DNA of 64,000 nt from Alphaproteobacteria bacterium (GTDB taxonomy: Bacteria > Pseudomonadota > Alphaproteobacteria > UBA7887): contig CBDCGL010000011.1 in the NCBI GenBank assembly GCA_965216755.1, positions 2,400,001-2,464,000 on the forward strand, in the 5' to 3' direction. The notes under the pieces were generated by a model. The model did not search any database. It was not told the origin of the DNA and saw only the letters and a list, made by a program, of their open reading frames with translations. The translations under genes and the position numbers were made by a program. Within the stretch, counting starts at the first letter, position 1. Every line of letters begins with the position of its first letter. This document shows, one piece after another, positions 29,556 to 40,919 of the stretch.

Positions 29556-30356
29556 TTACATCGGTCTCCATTCTTTTGCCAATTTCACTGCCTTAGCAAT
29601 TTGTTCTGCACTCATTATTTCGGCGACGAATTCGCGGCCTTTGATCGCGTCTTGGTCTCCTTGGCTAACCGCAAGGTTGAACCACATATGGGCTCGAACG
29701 TAATCCTGCGACACACCCCTGCCGTCGGCGTACATGATAGCGAGGTTGGCCTGGGCGCGATCGTGGCCTTGTTCGGCGGCCTTTCGGTACCACGCCGCTG
29801 CTGTGGTATCGTCCTGCGGAACGCCCCAGCCCTTGGCGAACATTATGGCAATGTTGTACTGGGCGCGGTCGTTACCCTGCGCGGCGGCCTTTCGGTACCA
29901 GGTGGCCGCCTCGGCATAGTCCTGTGGCACGCCCAGGCCTTCGAAGTAGATGACGCCGAGGTTGTACTGCGCCAGTGCGTTGCCCTGCTGGGCCGCCCTG
30001 CGGTACCACTTGACCGCCTCCACATAGTCCTGCGGCATGCCCAGGCTGACGGCGTGCATGACGCCGTAGTTATATTGGGCAAGAGCGTTGCCCTGCTCGG
30101 CAGCCATACGATACCACTTCGCGGCCTTGGCGTAATCCCGCACGACGCCCCGGCCATTGGCGTACAAAACACCGATGTTGGCCTGGGCACGGGCATCGCC
30201 CCGGTCGGCAAGCGGGCGCCAAACCCGGAAGGCGGTTGCGTCATCGCCTTTATTGTAGGCGGCAAGCCCCTCCTCGAAGGTCCCCGCGGCCACCGGCGCG
30301 GCAAACGCCCACAATAGAACAAGGGCGATAAATGCGACCTGGATGACATTTTTCAT
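29556..30356 (-). CDS. Secreted Sel1-like repeat protein
   Basis: Signal peptide; tandem 36-aa AQYNLG..Y..G.GV.QD..A..WYR.AA.QG repeats. Confidence 0.92.
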   Translation of the reverse strand: MKNVIQVAFIALVLLWAFAAPVAAGTFEEGLAAYNKGDDATAFRVWRPLADRGDARAQANIGVLYANGRGVVRDYAKAAKWYRMAAEQGNALAQYNYGVMHAVSLGMPQDYVEAVKWYRRAAQQGNALAQYNLGVIYFEGLGVPQDYAEAATWYRKAAAQGNDRAQYNIAIMFAKGWGVPQDDTTAAAWYRKAAEQGHDRAQANLAIMYADGRGVSQDYVRAHMWFNLAVSQGDQDAIKGREFVAEIMSAEQIAKAVKLAKEWRPM

Positions 30357-30799
30357 GGTCTCCGCCTCCTGACTTCTTTATGCGCGATAATGCCGTTGTG
30401 CAAAAATAGAAGCTCTCGTGGCCACTGCGGTGGCATGGTGGGTTGGCCGTCCCGCCCCCGACTCTTGATACCATGGGAGTTTGGCAGTCTCTCCAAATTA
30501 AGCCGTCGGCGATCCGCTCGCAACCTATCCATGGCGTAGACAATACATACCATGTGCGGCATGAAGGCCTGTAAAGCCTGATGGAGTTACGCCAATATCC
30601 GATCCAAATGAGATCCACTTCACAGGGGTACGTGAGAAATTGATCCAGGGCACTATCCGTTCGGGTGGATTCATCTTGTGGTTCAATCGAGTCGGAATGC
30701 ACTCTCGTGTTGTAGATTGGCAGTCCGCTCAGGCGCGACTGATCGATACCACGAACTTCGCTTTGGCAAAGACACGTGCCACGGGAAAGAGCGACAGAC

Positions 30800-31627
30800 A
30801 TGACCGAAAGTTACGGAACCGACCCGGTCTCGGCGATCGCAGAAAACGACGCCAGGGGCGAGGTCGCGGATATCTTCGCCGACATTCGCGCGACCATGGA
30901 TATTCCCATGCTGACTTCGATTTGGCGCACCCTTGTGGCGACCGACGGTGGCTTGCCCGCCGCATGGGCTGCCGCGAAACCGCTCTACCGAACAGGCTTG
31001 CCGGCTGCGGCATTGGCGCGCGTGATCGCGCACGCGGACCTGCCTGTGCCGGAACAAGTTGTGCCGGGGCAACTGGCTTGTGCCGGTGTTCCGCCAAGCG
31101 AGCTTTGCGCGGTGCGTGCCATTGTCGATGCCTACAATCGCTCAAACGGCATGAATATGGTCGCGCTGACCGCGCTAATCGTCGCACCGGCTGCGACACC
31201 ATGGAATGATCCGCAAGTGGCCTCGCCTTCACCTTGGCCGACCCTGCGACCGTTGTTGGCGGCCGACGACATAGACAACGAAACGTGGACATTGCTGCAG
31301 GAAATCAACGGTTTCGGTGGCGGCAAGGGGGGCTTGGCCACGTTGTGGCGACATCTGGCTCATTGGCCGGGGCTTCTGGCCGTGATTCACGCCGGATTCG
31401 CACCATTGCAGCAAAGCGGCGCATTCGCGCGTGCGATGCAAACGGTGCATGAACTTGGCCGGGCCGAAGCCGCGCGCCTCGCCCATCTGCGACCCAATCC
31501 GTTGGCTCTGCCGGACGCACCTGAACGCATGATCGTGAATTATGTGGCGACGCCGGAGGCGGTCGCGCGCATGGTCACTCTTGGCCACGTACTCGCCCGC
31601 TGGTTGGCGCCCGCGTCGTCCCGGTAA
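30800..31627 (+). CDS. Hypothetical protein, DehI/AhpD-like helical fold possible
   Basis: E.DARGEVADIFADIRATM; LWRHLAHWP. Confidence 0.5.
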   Translation: MTESYGTDPVSAIAENDARGEVADIFADIRATMDIPMLTSIWRTLVATDGGLPAAWAAAKPLYRTGLPAAALARVIAHADLPVPEQVVPGQLACAGVPPSELCAVRAIVDAYNRSNGMNMVALTALIVAPAATPWNDPQVASPSPWPTLRPLLAADDIDNETWTLLQEINGFGGGKGGLATLWRHLAHWPGLLAVIHAGFAPLQQSGAFARAMQTVHELGRAEAARLAHLRPNPLALPDAPERMIVNYVATPEAVARMVTLGHVLARWLAPASSR

Positions 31628-31824
31628 CACGCCAGGCCCCCACCGCGTGAGTCAGCGTCGGGTCGTTTTTCACGGTCCGAAGGCATCCGGCGTCACGTCG
31701 CGTGGCGCGGGCGTTGCCGACGAATTTGGGACGAAAGTCAGGGATCGGAGCTAGAGCGCTTTCCGACCAACCAAGGCCAGACATGCGAAGCCGCAGTTTC
31801 GATCCGAAGCCGTTCTTGTTGGGA

Positions 31825-32904
31825 CTAGAGCCCCTGCGGATTCGGGGCCAGGCGGACGGCGTCGCGAAATCCGATCAACTTTTGTCGATTCTCGTCCCAT
31901 AAAGCGAGCCGCGCGCATTTCAAACTGCTGAGAAGCGTCAACGGCCGCACATCGCCAAGACTTGGGATCTCATCAAGGCATTCCCGCAAGCGGTAGTTCG
32001 GCACTTTGCTGGATAAGTGATGAATATGATGCAGCCCGATATGGCCGGTCATCCATTGCAGTATGTTGGGCAGAAGGTAATACGAGCTGCCGCACAAGGC
32101 GGCTTGGACGAAATCCCACTGGCCGGCGCGCCGCCAATACGTGTCCTCGAACTGATGCTGTATGAAGAACAGCCACACGCCGATCGCTGAACCGAGCATC
32201 ACAAGGGGCAAATGGACTTTGATCATGGCAACCGGGCCAATCAGCAGGGCTAGGCCGGCGACGGCCGCGGCGATCGCCAGATTGGTCACCATAATACTGC
32301 GCCACAGGCCTGTACGGATAAGCGGCAGGTCGCGCGGCAGACGATGTTTGATGACGAACAGATAGACCGGGCCAATGCCGAACAGAACGAGCGGATGGCG
32401 ATAAAGCCGGTAGACCAGGCGGCGCCACCCGGGTAGCGCGCGGTACTCTGCCGCTGTCAATGTGTTGATATCGCCGATGCCACGACTGTCGAGATTACCG
32501 GAGCTTGCGTGGTGCTCAGCATGAGCCCGCCGCCAATAGTCGTAAGGGGTGAGCGTGATAACGCTGATCGCGCGGCCGACGACATCGTTGGCGCGGCGCG
32601 AACGGAAATAGGACCTGTGTCCACAGTCGTGTTGGATGATGAATAGGCGGACCAAAAAGCCAGCCGCCGGCATGGCCAGCAGCAAGGTTATCCAATAAGC
32701 GTAGTCGTGGGCCAGCCACATACCAATCCACAAACCGACGAACACACCGCTTGTGACGGCAAGCTGGATAGTGCTACGCCAGCGAACCGCACGAAAGGCT
32801 TTGAGCTGGCCAATCACGGTTCGGGGCTCCGGACAGGTCGGCGGCGCCACCTGCCGTGTCACGCGCTGATTATCGCCCGTGGTGCGAGATCCCGCTCGGC
32901 TCAA
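31825..32904 (-). CDS. Membrane fatty acid desaturase
   Basis: His boxes HDCGH, HAEHH and HHIHH; TM segments. Confidence 0.92.
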   Translation of the reverse strand: MSRAGSRTTGDNQRVTRQVAPPTCPEPRTVIGQLKAFRAVRWRSTIQLAVTSGVFVGLWIGMWLAHDYAYWITLLLAMPAAGFLVRLFIIQHDCGHRSYFRSRRANDVVGRAISVITLTPYDYWRRAHAEHHASSGNLDSRGIGDINTLTAAEYRALPGWRRLVYRLYRHPLVLFGIGPVYLFVIKHRLPRDLPLIRTGLWRSIMVTNLAIAAAVAGLALLIGPVAMIKVHLPLVMLGSAIGVWLFFIQHQFEDTYWRRAGQWDFVQAALCGSSYYLLPNILQWMTGHIGLHHIHHLSSKVPNYRLRECLDEIPSLGDVRPLTLLSSLKCARLALWDENRQKLIGFRDAVRLAPNPQGL

Positions 32905-33134
32905 GTGGCCGAATGCCCCATTTTGCGGCGTCGCGACCGTGCCGCTGGCTGGCTTTCATCTTTGGCATGTGATGATGTCCCGGCTGCATCGCGCGCCAGC
33001 CGCGCGTCTCTTTGTGTCGCGAGCAAGACCTGGCGCCGCGCCGCCTCCCTTTCTTGAATCTGCTTCCATTCGGGCGTGTTTGGCTTGCTATCGTCGCCAA
33101 AAACGGCTGCGGCGAGTTTTGTGTGATGGGCCAT
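32901..33134 (-). CDS. Small basic hypothetical protein
   Basis: Lies between csp and desaturase; stop overlaps desaturase start. Confidence 0.45.
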   Translation of the reverse strand: MAHHTKLAAAVFGDDSKPNTPEWKQIQEREAARRQVLLATQRDARLARDAAGTSSHAKDESQPAARSRRRKMGHSAT

Positions 33135-33267
33135 GAAATGAGCGCTCCCTCCGAGCGTATTGGATGCGCGTCGAGGCCCGGTTCGTCCGGGCGTTGAGGA
33201 TGCGGCGGGACGAGTGCGTTCACGCACCTATCCCGCCGCGCGAATCGAATATTACGAAACGCCTATG

Positions 33268-33471
33268 TCAGGCGTTTTTCAGGTTATCTGCGGCAGACTT
33301 TCCGCGCTCCTGAACGACGTCGAATGAGATCTTCTGTCCTTCGACAAGCTCGTCCATGCCAGCCCGCTGGACCGCGCTAATGTGGACGAAGACGTCTTGG
33401 CTTCCGTCGTTCGGCTCGATAAAACCGAAACCACGCTGATGATTGAAGAATTTTACAGTACCAATAGCCAT
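33268..33471 (-). CDS. Cold-shock protein (CspA family)
   Basis: GTVKFFN, RGFGFI, DVFVHISA; GGAGG RBS. Confidence 0.95.
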   Translation of the reverse strand: MAIGTVKFFNHQRGFGFIEPNDGSQDVFVHISAVQRAGMDELVEGQKISFDVVQERGKSAADNLKNA

Positions 33472-33975
33472 GAAGGCCTCCTTTGGATTTGAGTGAGCCC
33501 GATCCGCGCGCGATTATCTCGACGCGCGGCGCGGCGTATTCATTGGCTTCATGGATGTCTTGAGGAGACGCCCTCAGCGGGCGAGTCGGCAAGCGGCCGA
33601 AGCAAATAACTACCCACCTAGTGTGGGCCCCATCGCATCGGATTGCAAGGTCACCGAAATCCGATACCCGACATGCACAATTGAATCGGCCGTCTTCGCC
33701 ACGAAAATACCCATCGCGCATCAAATCCCCAAATCGCGGTCAGTTCCACCCACTCAACCACAACACGACGCCTTACTTTCCCCATAGCGTTAAACTCGCC
33801 CGCGGTTTCTTCCACTGCGCTTGTCCGACACCTGCCGTATCGGTGCCCGTCGCCACCTTCGAGCAGCGGCACGTGTCCTAGAACCCTTCACAAGCGCACG
33901 CATGTCGTCCGGCAGTGATTCCGGTCCTGAATTGGGGATCGCGCGGAAGAAACGGCCGAAGCAGGCAGCGAACGC

Positions 33976-34911
33976 CTATTCCTTCCAGCCCCAAGGGTCG
34001 CCAATTGTGGGATGTCCGACAACCGACCGCAAATCCCAATTCTGCGGCGACGCCAGCGTCTTGCTGCCACTGTGAAGAATACAAACACCGACAACGCCTA
34101 GATCGACGGCGTGGGCAAACTCATTTCGCCGACGCAGGATGTCCCAAGCCTCGCGCATGTCGTGTGACCACGATATATCGTCAAAAACGACAACCGCTCC
34201 GTCGGCCAGGTACGGCAAGAGTCGATCGAGATAATGGATCGTCGCGACTTTTTCGTGATGTCCGTCAATATACGCAAAGTCAATACGCTCATCGAGCGCC
34301 GGGAGTTCGCTGTCGATTGCCTCATCGAAGAGGCGATTGATGACCCTTGCATGTGGTCCGATCTGGGCAAGGCTCTCGGCGGCAATGCGCGCCAGAGCTT
34401 CCGAGCCTTCGACCGTGATGAGTGTTCGAACCGTTGGTGCCAAAGCTAAATAACTTGCCGAGATCCCGGCGCATGAACCCAATTCGAACACAACGTTTGA
34501 CTCGAAGCTTCGCGCGAGCAGATGAAGAAAAGTGCCCCAACGTTTGTCTTTGCCGGTTGCCGCGATTCGCTCCCTTGTGAGCTTCAGAACCTTGCCCGGT
34601 TTCGGCCGACGCGACTCCGCGTCTCCATCACCAACCGCGCTGCCAGGTTTCGGTGAATACCAAATCTCAATCTCTTTATTCCCGCGCGATGAAATCTCAG
34701 CGCGCCGTGTTTCTACCTTAGCAGCGACGACCTTCGCCGCAGGATCGAGCTTTCCGGTTATCAAATAAGTGAGCGGCAGCGAAAGTTCTAAAGGCATGCC
34801 GGATTCAACGAGCGACATCAATTTTGCTTGATTTCGCCCTCGTCGAGCCACCCGAGTTATCGCCGGCCCCACTTTCTTAAGGATTGTCTGCAGTCGTGCC
34901 TCCGTCGGCAA
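33976..34911 (-). CDS. Class I SAM-dependent methyltransferase (Methyltransf_24-like)
   Basis: FELGSCAGIS, YIDGHH, VVFDDI.WS; start uncertain. Confidence 0.8.
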   Translation of the reverse strand: MPTEARLQTILKKVGPAITRVARRGRNQAKLMSLVESGMPLELSLPLTYLITGKLDPAAKVVAAKVETRRAEISSRGNKEIEIWYSPKPGSAVGDGDAESRRPKPGKVLKLTRERIAATGKDKRWGTFLHLLARSFESNVVFELGSCAGISASYLALAPTVRTLITVEGSEALARIAAESLAQIGPHARVINRLFDEAIDSELPALDERIDFAYIDGHHEKVATIHYLDRLLPYLADGAVVVFDDISWSHDMREAWDILRRRNEFAHAVDLGVVGVCILHSGSKTLASPQNWDLRSVVGHPTIGDPWGWKE

Positions 34912-35568
34912 AAATGTCCGTGATCCTCCGACCGCATTGGGTCGGGTGGCTTGTTGTCACCATGCCCCACACCTTTGCGAGGTTACCATAATTCGTTCCC
35001 AACCAGTGATTTCAATCACCGGCGTTCTGGAAAAGATCGCATGCCCGAAAACGCCGGGTTGGGTCTCTCGGTCCTCGAATGTGCCAGTGAGATCTGTCCG
35101 GTAATTGGCCAACAAAGATAATTCAACCGTTTGCAATCGATTTGGGCGGACGCCGAAAGGTCTCTATTTTTTGTCGTGCTAACTAGAATCTGATATAAGT
35201 TAAATCAGATACTTAGAGAAATCGCGATTCCCCGTATTTCACCGACTTGGTCGGCAAACAAGTGCCCGATCGGCCTCTTTAGCAGCCTCGGCTATCTCCC
35301 CTACGTGTCTAACGCCATGAATTGCATGAATTTAGTCCATCGTTGAGACGACAAGAGTGTGCCGTTCGGCGGTTTTGTCGCCGCTACCGCGCCAGCCTCG
35401 ATCAATGGCGCGACACGGTGCGTTTGCTGGCGATTGCGGTGTGCCCGCTTCCGAACAATCACTGGGTGATCAGCAGGCCCATACTGACGGTCCCGACAAC
35501 GCCGGCCACCTGCCCGATGCGTTTGCGATCGGTTTGAAAATGGCGGATGTTTAGGTCGACGCCGATTC

Positions 35569-36564
35569 TTATGGTACCGTGACCTGTTTGCCCGTTTTCG
35601 CCGACTCGAACACCGCTTCCATGACGGCCGTATTGCGAACCATCTCATCGGGCCTGATCGGGTAGTCGGCGACACCCGCTACAGCATCCGCAAACGCCTC
35701 CAGATTGTCGCGGACCGGCTGCGCGGCGGGCACGTCCTGGACCACGATGGCGTCTTCTTCGTAGCATGTCTGCACGATCCAGCCGCGCGGGTTCTCGACA
35801 TGCGCTTTGTCGCGGATTTCGATCCAACCCTTGGCGCCATAGACCGCGAATCGCGAGATAAACGGCGTGGCCGAAAGCGCGGAAACGAATGCAATAGCGC
35901 CGGACTTGTACTTCACCATGGCGCACGCGGCATCGCCATTCGGCATGGTCGAGGCAAGCGTTTCGGCCGAGGCCAGCGCGGTGTCAGCTTCGCCGAGCAT
36001 GGCGGTTGCGAGGTCGAACATGTGAATACCGGTCGCGGTCATGCCACCCGCGGGCGCATCGGTGGGCGCGAGCCGCCAATTCTCGCTACCCAGTTTGCAA
36101 AAACGATCATGGCTAAAATTCGCCTCGACTTGGAGTATTGTGCCCAACGTGCCGGAACGGACCGTGTTGAGCGCATCCGCGACCGGCGGCTCCCAGCGGC
36201 GCTCATGGCCGATGCCAAGCACCAAGTTGCCCGCCCGGCACGCCGCGACACTGGCTTCGGCACCGGCCTTGGTGAGAGACAATGGCTTCTCGCAGAACAC
36301 GTGCTTGCCGGCAGCCGCAGCCGCGCGGACCTGCTTGTCGTGCAAATTGTGCGGTGTGGCGAGGATCACCGCGTCGACCTCTTCGTCGACCAACGCGGCG
36401 TCAGAGTTGTCGAGGATTGGGAAATTGACCGTTCTGGCGACAGCCGCCGCAGTATCCGCGTCCGGTTCAATACCCATGACGATGGTCATTTTATCGCTGC
36501 CGGCAATCGAGGCCGTCAGCTTTTTGCCCCACCAACCGAGCCCGACAATCGCCACGTTAATCAT
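35569..36564 (-). CDS. Gfo/Idh/MocA oxidoreductase
   Basis: VAIVGLGWWG, LATPH..H, HVFCEKP. Confidence 0.92.
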   Translation of the reverse strand: MINVAIVGLGWWGKKLTASIAGSDKMTIVMGIEPDADTAAAVARTVNFPILDNSDAALVDEEVDAVILATPHNLHDKQVRAAAAAGKHVFCEKPLSLTKAGAEASVAACRAGNLVLGIGHERRWEPPVADALNTVRSGTLGTILQVEANFSHDRFCKLGSENWRLAPTDAPAGGMTATGIHMFDLATAMLGEADTALASAETLASTMPNGDAACAMVKYKSGAIAFVSALSATPFISRFAVYGAKGWIEIRDKAHVENPRGWIVQTCYEEDAIVVQDVPAAQPVRDNLEAFADAVAGVADYPIRPDEMVRNTAVMEAVFESAKTGKQVTVP

Positions 36565-36619
36565 TGCAAACACCTTTTCAGATCGGTCTGGCGCAATGTG
36601 CGCGTATGAGTAGACGACG

Positions 36620-36849
36620 GTGGTCAAATTGAGCCGAGCGAAACTTGAATGTGAACTGCTCGATCGCCGAAAGTTCCAAACCAAGGCGGAGGCGCGCATG
36701 GCCATCTTCGAGTTCATCGAGGGCTGGTACAATCGCGGTCGACGCCACTCAGCCCTTGGATACAAGTCGCCCATCAATTACGAAAGGTGCGTCACCAAAC
36801 CGCTAGAATCTGCAAGCCTTTAATTGTCCACGAATACAGGGGAATTCCA
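36620..36849 (+). mobile_element. IS3-family remnant (transposase C-terminus and right end)
   Basis: LECELLDRRKFQTKAEARMAIFEFIEGWYN..RRHSALGY; terminal TGTCCACGAATACAGGGGAATTCCA. Confidence 0.85.
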
Positions 36850-37015
36850 GCCCCAGATCATGCTCTTCCAGCCACGGGCGGATGTCTGACATCAGCCCTC
36901 CGCCGCTCAGTTTACACGCGGCAATTCGCACGTGCAGCTACCCTCGGAACGATCAGTAATGGCTAACTTGACCCGTGGTCTAAAAGGGCAGAGCATGGCA
37001 GCTCTGCCCTCAGAT

Positions 37016-37652
37016 TCAGACATCAACCTGTTCTGCGACGTTGGGCGCGTCGTCAACCTCAATTCCGAGATGTCGGACCGTGCTCTCGGTTTTTTGTATG
37101 ACCGAGCGGCAATTGAACGGCCCTGAGATTGCCTGTGCGCCGATCGATCAGGGTCGCCTTCGTTCGGCGCAGAGAATGGGTCCCAGACAGGGCGGGATCC
37201 AGCCCAATGCTGGCTATCCAGTTCGATACCAAACGGGCATATTGGCGGGTCGTGAGCCGGCGGTTTCTGCCCTTTCGGCCTGAAAACAGGAACTCACCCG
37301 CCTGCTTGTTGGCAGCTTTGCGGTATTCGTCGACGGCCTGTCGTGTCTGCTCGGCAATCTCGAATTTGATGGGTCGCTTGGTTTTCAGTTGGCGAACGGT
37401 CGTGCGCTCGAGGGCATAGCCATGCGGCGCAACATTTTCGACCTTTAGGTTGACGACGTCGCAACCAGGCAACTTACTGTCGTTCGCAAGATTGAATAAC
37501 GCCAAGTCCCGCACCCGTTTGGCCAACTGCAAGCGGATCCGAATCGCCCAAACATGCTTTGGCTGGAGGGGTGGTTTTGGGCTGATCAGCTTGCATTTGT
37601 TCCACGGACCACGTCGGCGGGCGATAACCCGAAACTGCCTGACATCCTGCAT
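37016..37652 (-). pseudogene. Tyrosine recombinase pseudogene
   Basis: PPLQPKHVWAIR, THSLRRTKAT; catalytic Arg position reads DSKLPG; frameshift in A-run after GHTK; tail reads TESTVRHLGIEVDD (Tyr position is His). Confidence 0.82.
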
Positions 37653-38220
37653 CTGACATCTCCTTAAGCCGGAATTCAAAGCGAGTGATCAGATTGGATG
37701 GAGTGTGGGTTTGTTCAGACTGATTTACTGCTGGAAAAACGCCGCGATATGACCAAAACGTGCGCTGAGGGCATACCGGTCGATCATGGCCCTTTCTCGG
37801 CACCGGAACGCTTAGCCAGGATCAGTCATTCCAGATCGCAACGACTCCCGGGCGGTTGTGCGCGTGTCATGGCGTCGAGATGCGCGCGCGATTGTAGCCG
37901 TGCACACTGGTTCGGTGCCTTTGGCGGGGCGCACGAACGCCACGCTCTCCGATCTCCGTTATGGTATCCTTGGGCCGGCGGGAAATGGGCGATTGGCCAA
38001 CCGCGGTTCGGGAGCCAGGCGAGCTTCGGGTGGTCCGGCGCGTTTAGAAAGCCGACCATCTCTGCGAAGCTGTGCCAGACCCCAAGCTTTGCGTGGCACT
38101 GTAGGTGGTGAGTGACGCCGACACGACCCGGAGTCGCACTTGGATTCCGTGCTCAACATCCTAGGCAGAAAGCGCCCTGGCGGCCAATCGCAATCGGCCC
38201 GGAACAGGAGGGACACAAGC

Positions 38221-39564
38221 ATGCCCCAGTCGCCATTGACCCGTCGAGCATTCCTCGGGGCGGGCACGGCCGCGTTCGCATCGGCGCCATACATCAAGGC
38301 CGGCCGCTCTGCGGGCACATTGTCGTTGGGGCTCTGGGATCATTGGGTGCCCGGCGTCAATCAGGCCATCGAAAGTCTGTGCCTGAAGTGGGGCGCCGCC
38401 AACAACGTCGAGGTGACCGTCGATTTCATCACCAATATCGGCAACAAGCTTCTGCTGACCGCGCAAGCGGAATCGCGCGCGCAAACCGGTCACGACCTGC
38501 TTTATCTCCCCAATTGGGGTCCGACAATGTTCCGCCGGTCACTCGAGCCGCTCGATGACGTGATCGAGGAGATCGTGGCGGTGTACGGTCCAATCGATTC
38601 GACCGCAACCCATCTGGCGCGTCTGGACGGTGCCTGGCGGGCGGCTCCGGCGCCGAGCGGATCGCTGGCATTCGCGCAGGCGTCGCGCACAGATTTGTTC
38701 GCAGCCCACGCCGGGATCGACTTGAAGGCGGTCTTTCCCTTCGGCGGCAGCCGTGACCCTGGGCTGGTCGAAGGGTGGAACTACGATGCGTTTCTGAGTG
38801 CGGCGACGGCCCTGCATGACGCCGGCTATCCGTTTGGCGCCGGCATTGCGCCGACGCCGGACTCGGCGCACTGGTTGGGTCAATTGTTCGCGGCCTTCGG
38901 AGTGGTGGTCGCCGATGAAAGCGGCGAGCCGCGGATCAACTCCGAAGAAACACGGCTGGCTCTGGACTATCTGTCGCGACTGACCGCCGTGATGCCGGAG
39001 GGCGTCTATGCCTGGGACGATGCGGGCAACAATCGCTGGCTGATTTCCGGGCAAGGCTCGTCCATCTTCAATCCACCCAGCGCCTGGGTGGTCGCCAAAC
39101 GGGACAATCCCGCGGTCGCGCGCCACGTCTGGCACCACGACTCGCCGCGCGGCCCCGCCGGTCGTTTCCGCGCCATGTCGCCAGCCTACTGGGGCGTATG
39201 GTCCTTTTCCGGCAATATCGGCGCGGCCAAGGCGCTATGCCGGCACGTCAACACGCCGGCGGCCATCGGCCACATGCTGCGCGCCGCCCAGGGCTTCGAC
39301 TTGCCGGTGTTCCCGCGACTGTACGAAACAAGCGATGTCTGGGATGCTGCCGGACCGCCGGCCGGAACGCTGTACAATTATCCGCTCCGCGGCGATGAAG
39401 AGACGTACGTGGTTGGCTATCCGGCGCCGCCTGACCTAGCCTCGCACATTTTCGCGCAGCGATTTCATGCCAATCTGGTTGCGCGTGTGACCCAGGGTGA
39501 CGAAAGCATAGACGACGCGATCTCGTGGGCTGAAAACGAGCTTGAGGGATACATGCGTGGCTAA
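38221..39564 (+). CDS. Tat-exported ABC solute-binding protein (family 1), orphan
   Basis: LTRRAFLG signal; WDHWVPG, WDDAGNN; no adjacent permease or ATPase. Confidence 0.85.
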   Translation: MPQSPLTRRAFLGAGTAAFASAPYIKAGRSAGTLSLGLWDHWVPGVNQAIESLCLKWGAANNVEVTVDFITNIGNKLLLTAQAESRAQTGHDLLYLPNWGPTMFRRSLEPLDDVIEEIVAVYGPIDSTATHLARLDGAWRAAPAPSGSLAFAQASRTDLFAAHAGIDLKAVFPFGGSRDPGLVEGWNYDAFLSAATALHDAGYPFGAGIAPTPDSAHWLGQLFAAFGVVVADESGEPRINSEETRLALDYLSRLTAVMPEGVYAWDDAGNNRWLISGQGSSIFNPPSAWVVAKRDNPAVARHVWHHDSPRGPAGRFRAMSPAYWGVWSFSGNIGAAKALCRHVNTPAAIGHMLRAAQGFDLPVFPRLYETSDVWDAAGPPAGTLYNYPLRGDEETYVVGYPAPPDLASHIFAQRFHANLVARVTQGDESIDDAISWAENELEGYMRG

Positions 39565-39725
39565 CGCTCAGTGACGCTCTCGGCCCGTCGGACTCAGGGT
39601 CGACGCCAACCCATCTTTTGAGCGCCGTGTCCACGCGACAGCGACCAGCGACTTAGGGGCCGGTGTCCGTCTTAGGTCGAAAAGCGCTCCAGACGCGCAT
39701 TCCAGTGAGCAACCGGTCAGGTCAC

Positions 39726-40919
39726 TCAATAATTCCCATATTGGAGAATTCGGGTGTCGTTGTCCCACAGGCGGCCCAGGCTTAGCCCTGGTTTGTATGC
39801 GAATGGTTTCTTGGTCAGCACATCCTCGTCCAAGTCGACGCCCAAGCCCGGCTTCTCCGGAAGGTCGATAAAGCCATCCTTCGGTATTGGGAAAGATGGG
39901 TCCTTCAGGATCTCTTCATAGAGTGGGATGTCGCGCGTGAAGAACTCCTGTATCAGAAAATTGGGGGTCGACGCATCGACATGCAGATTTGCCGCGACCA
40001 TGTATGGCCCTTGCTCGGTATGCGGCGCCACGGGGGTGTAGGACGCGTGCGCCATGGCGGCGATTTTCTTCATCTCCAAAATGCCGCCGCAGTGGATGAT
40101 GTCGGGTTGGGCGATCGCCACCGCCTGTTTCTCGAAGACCTCCCACCAACGCCACTTGGTGACGATGCGTTCGCCGGACGCGACCGGGATCTTGATTGCG
40201 TTTCTCACTCGAGCCAAAGCGTCGACACTGCATTCAGGGCAGATCGGTTCTTCGAACCAATAGGGTTTGAACGCCTCGATATCCCGCGCGGCTTGGATCG
40301 CATCCTCAGGGCTCAGCCGGCCGTGGACTTCGATCAACAGTTCAACATCATCGCCGACAGCGCTGCGCACCGCGCCGACGATGTCCCGGACTAGGCGCGC
40401 ATCTTTTCTGGGGACGAAAGCGTCGCTACCGGTATGCCGCCACGGGTCAAACTTTAAATGTTTGAAACCCTTGGCGACCGCATCCGCAGCAAGCCTGCCG
40501 TAATAATCCAGAACGTTTTCGTTTGATTCGGACGGGTACGGGATGAACCACGTGTTGCCGTAGACCGGTATGCGGGGATGGCACGCGCCGCCCAGGAGTT
40601 TGTAAATCGGGACATTGAGGCTCTTGCCCAAAATGTCCCACAGCGCGATTTCAACGCCGGCCAGCGCATTGAGAAGCGTGTCGTCCGGCCGCCGGTAGCT
40701 ATCTCGATAAATAGTATTCCAAAGCAGCTCGATTCGACCCGGGTGTTGGCCGATCAAATAGTGTTCAAGTTCGTGAATTGTTGCTTCGCAGGCCCGCTCG
40801 CGCCCCATGCCGCCGGCCTCACCCCATCCGTAGAGGCCTTCATCCGTTTCGATTTTCACAAAAATCAAATCTCGAAAAACGCCGTCGTAGGGCAATGTTT
40901 TCACGGCCGTGATTTTCAT
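39726..40919 (-). CDS. Mandelate racemase/enolase-superfamily dehydratase (DgoD-like)
   Basis: VKIETDEG..GWGE, ALWDILGK, EVHGR, FEEP, SGER, QPD, APH. Confidence 0.88.
   Translation of the reverse strand: MKITAVKTLPYDGVFRDLIFVKIETDEGLYGWGEAGGMGRERACEATIHELEHYLIGQHPGRIELLWNTIYRDSYRRPDDTLLNALAGVEIALWDILGKSLNVPIYKLLGGACHPRIPVYGNTWFIPYPSESNENVLDYYGRLAADAVAKGFKHLKFDPWRHTGSDAFVPRKDARLVRDIVGAVRSAVGDDVELLIEVHGRLSPEDAIQAARDIEAFKPYWFEEPICPECSVDALARVRNAIKIPVASGERIVTKWRWWEVFEKQAVAIAQPDIIHCGGILEMKKIAAMAHASYTPVAPHTEQGPYMVAANLHVDASTPNFLIQEFFTRDIPLYEEILKDPSFPIPKDGFIDLPEKPGLGVDLDEDVLTKKPFAYKPGLSLGRLWDNDTRILQYGNY

Noticed and set aside
29600-30250. 108-bp periodic DNA repeats as a possible CRISPR array
   Set aside because: They encode Sel1 protein repeats; no constant repeat with unique spacers and no cas genes
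29190-30317. 375-aa plus-strand ORF (likewise 13541-14569 and 1284-2276)
   Set aside because: Antisense shadows of clear genes, expected at high GC
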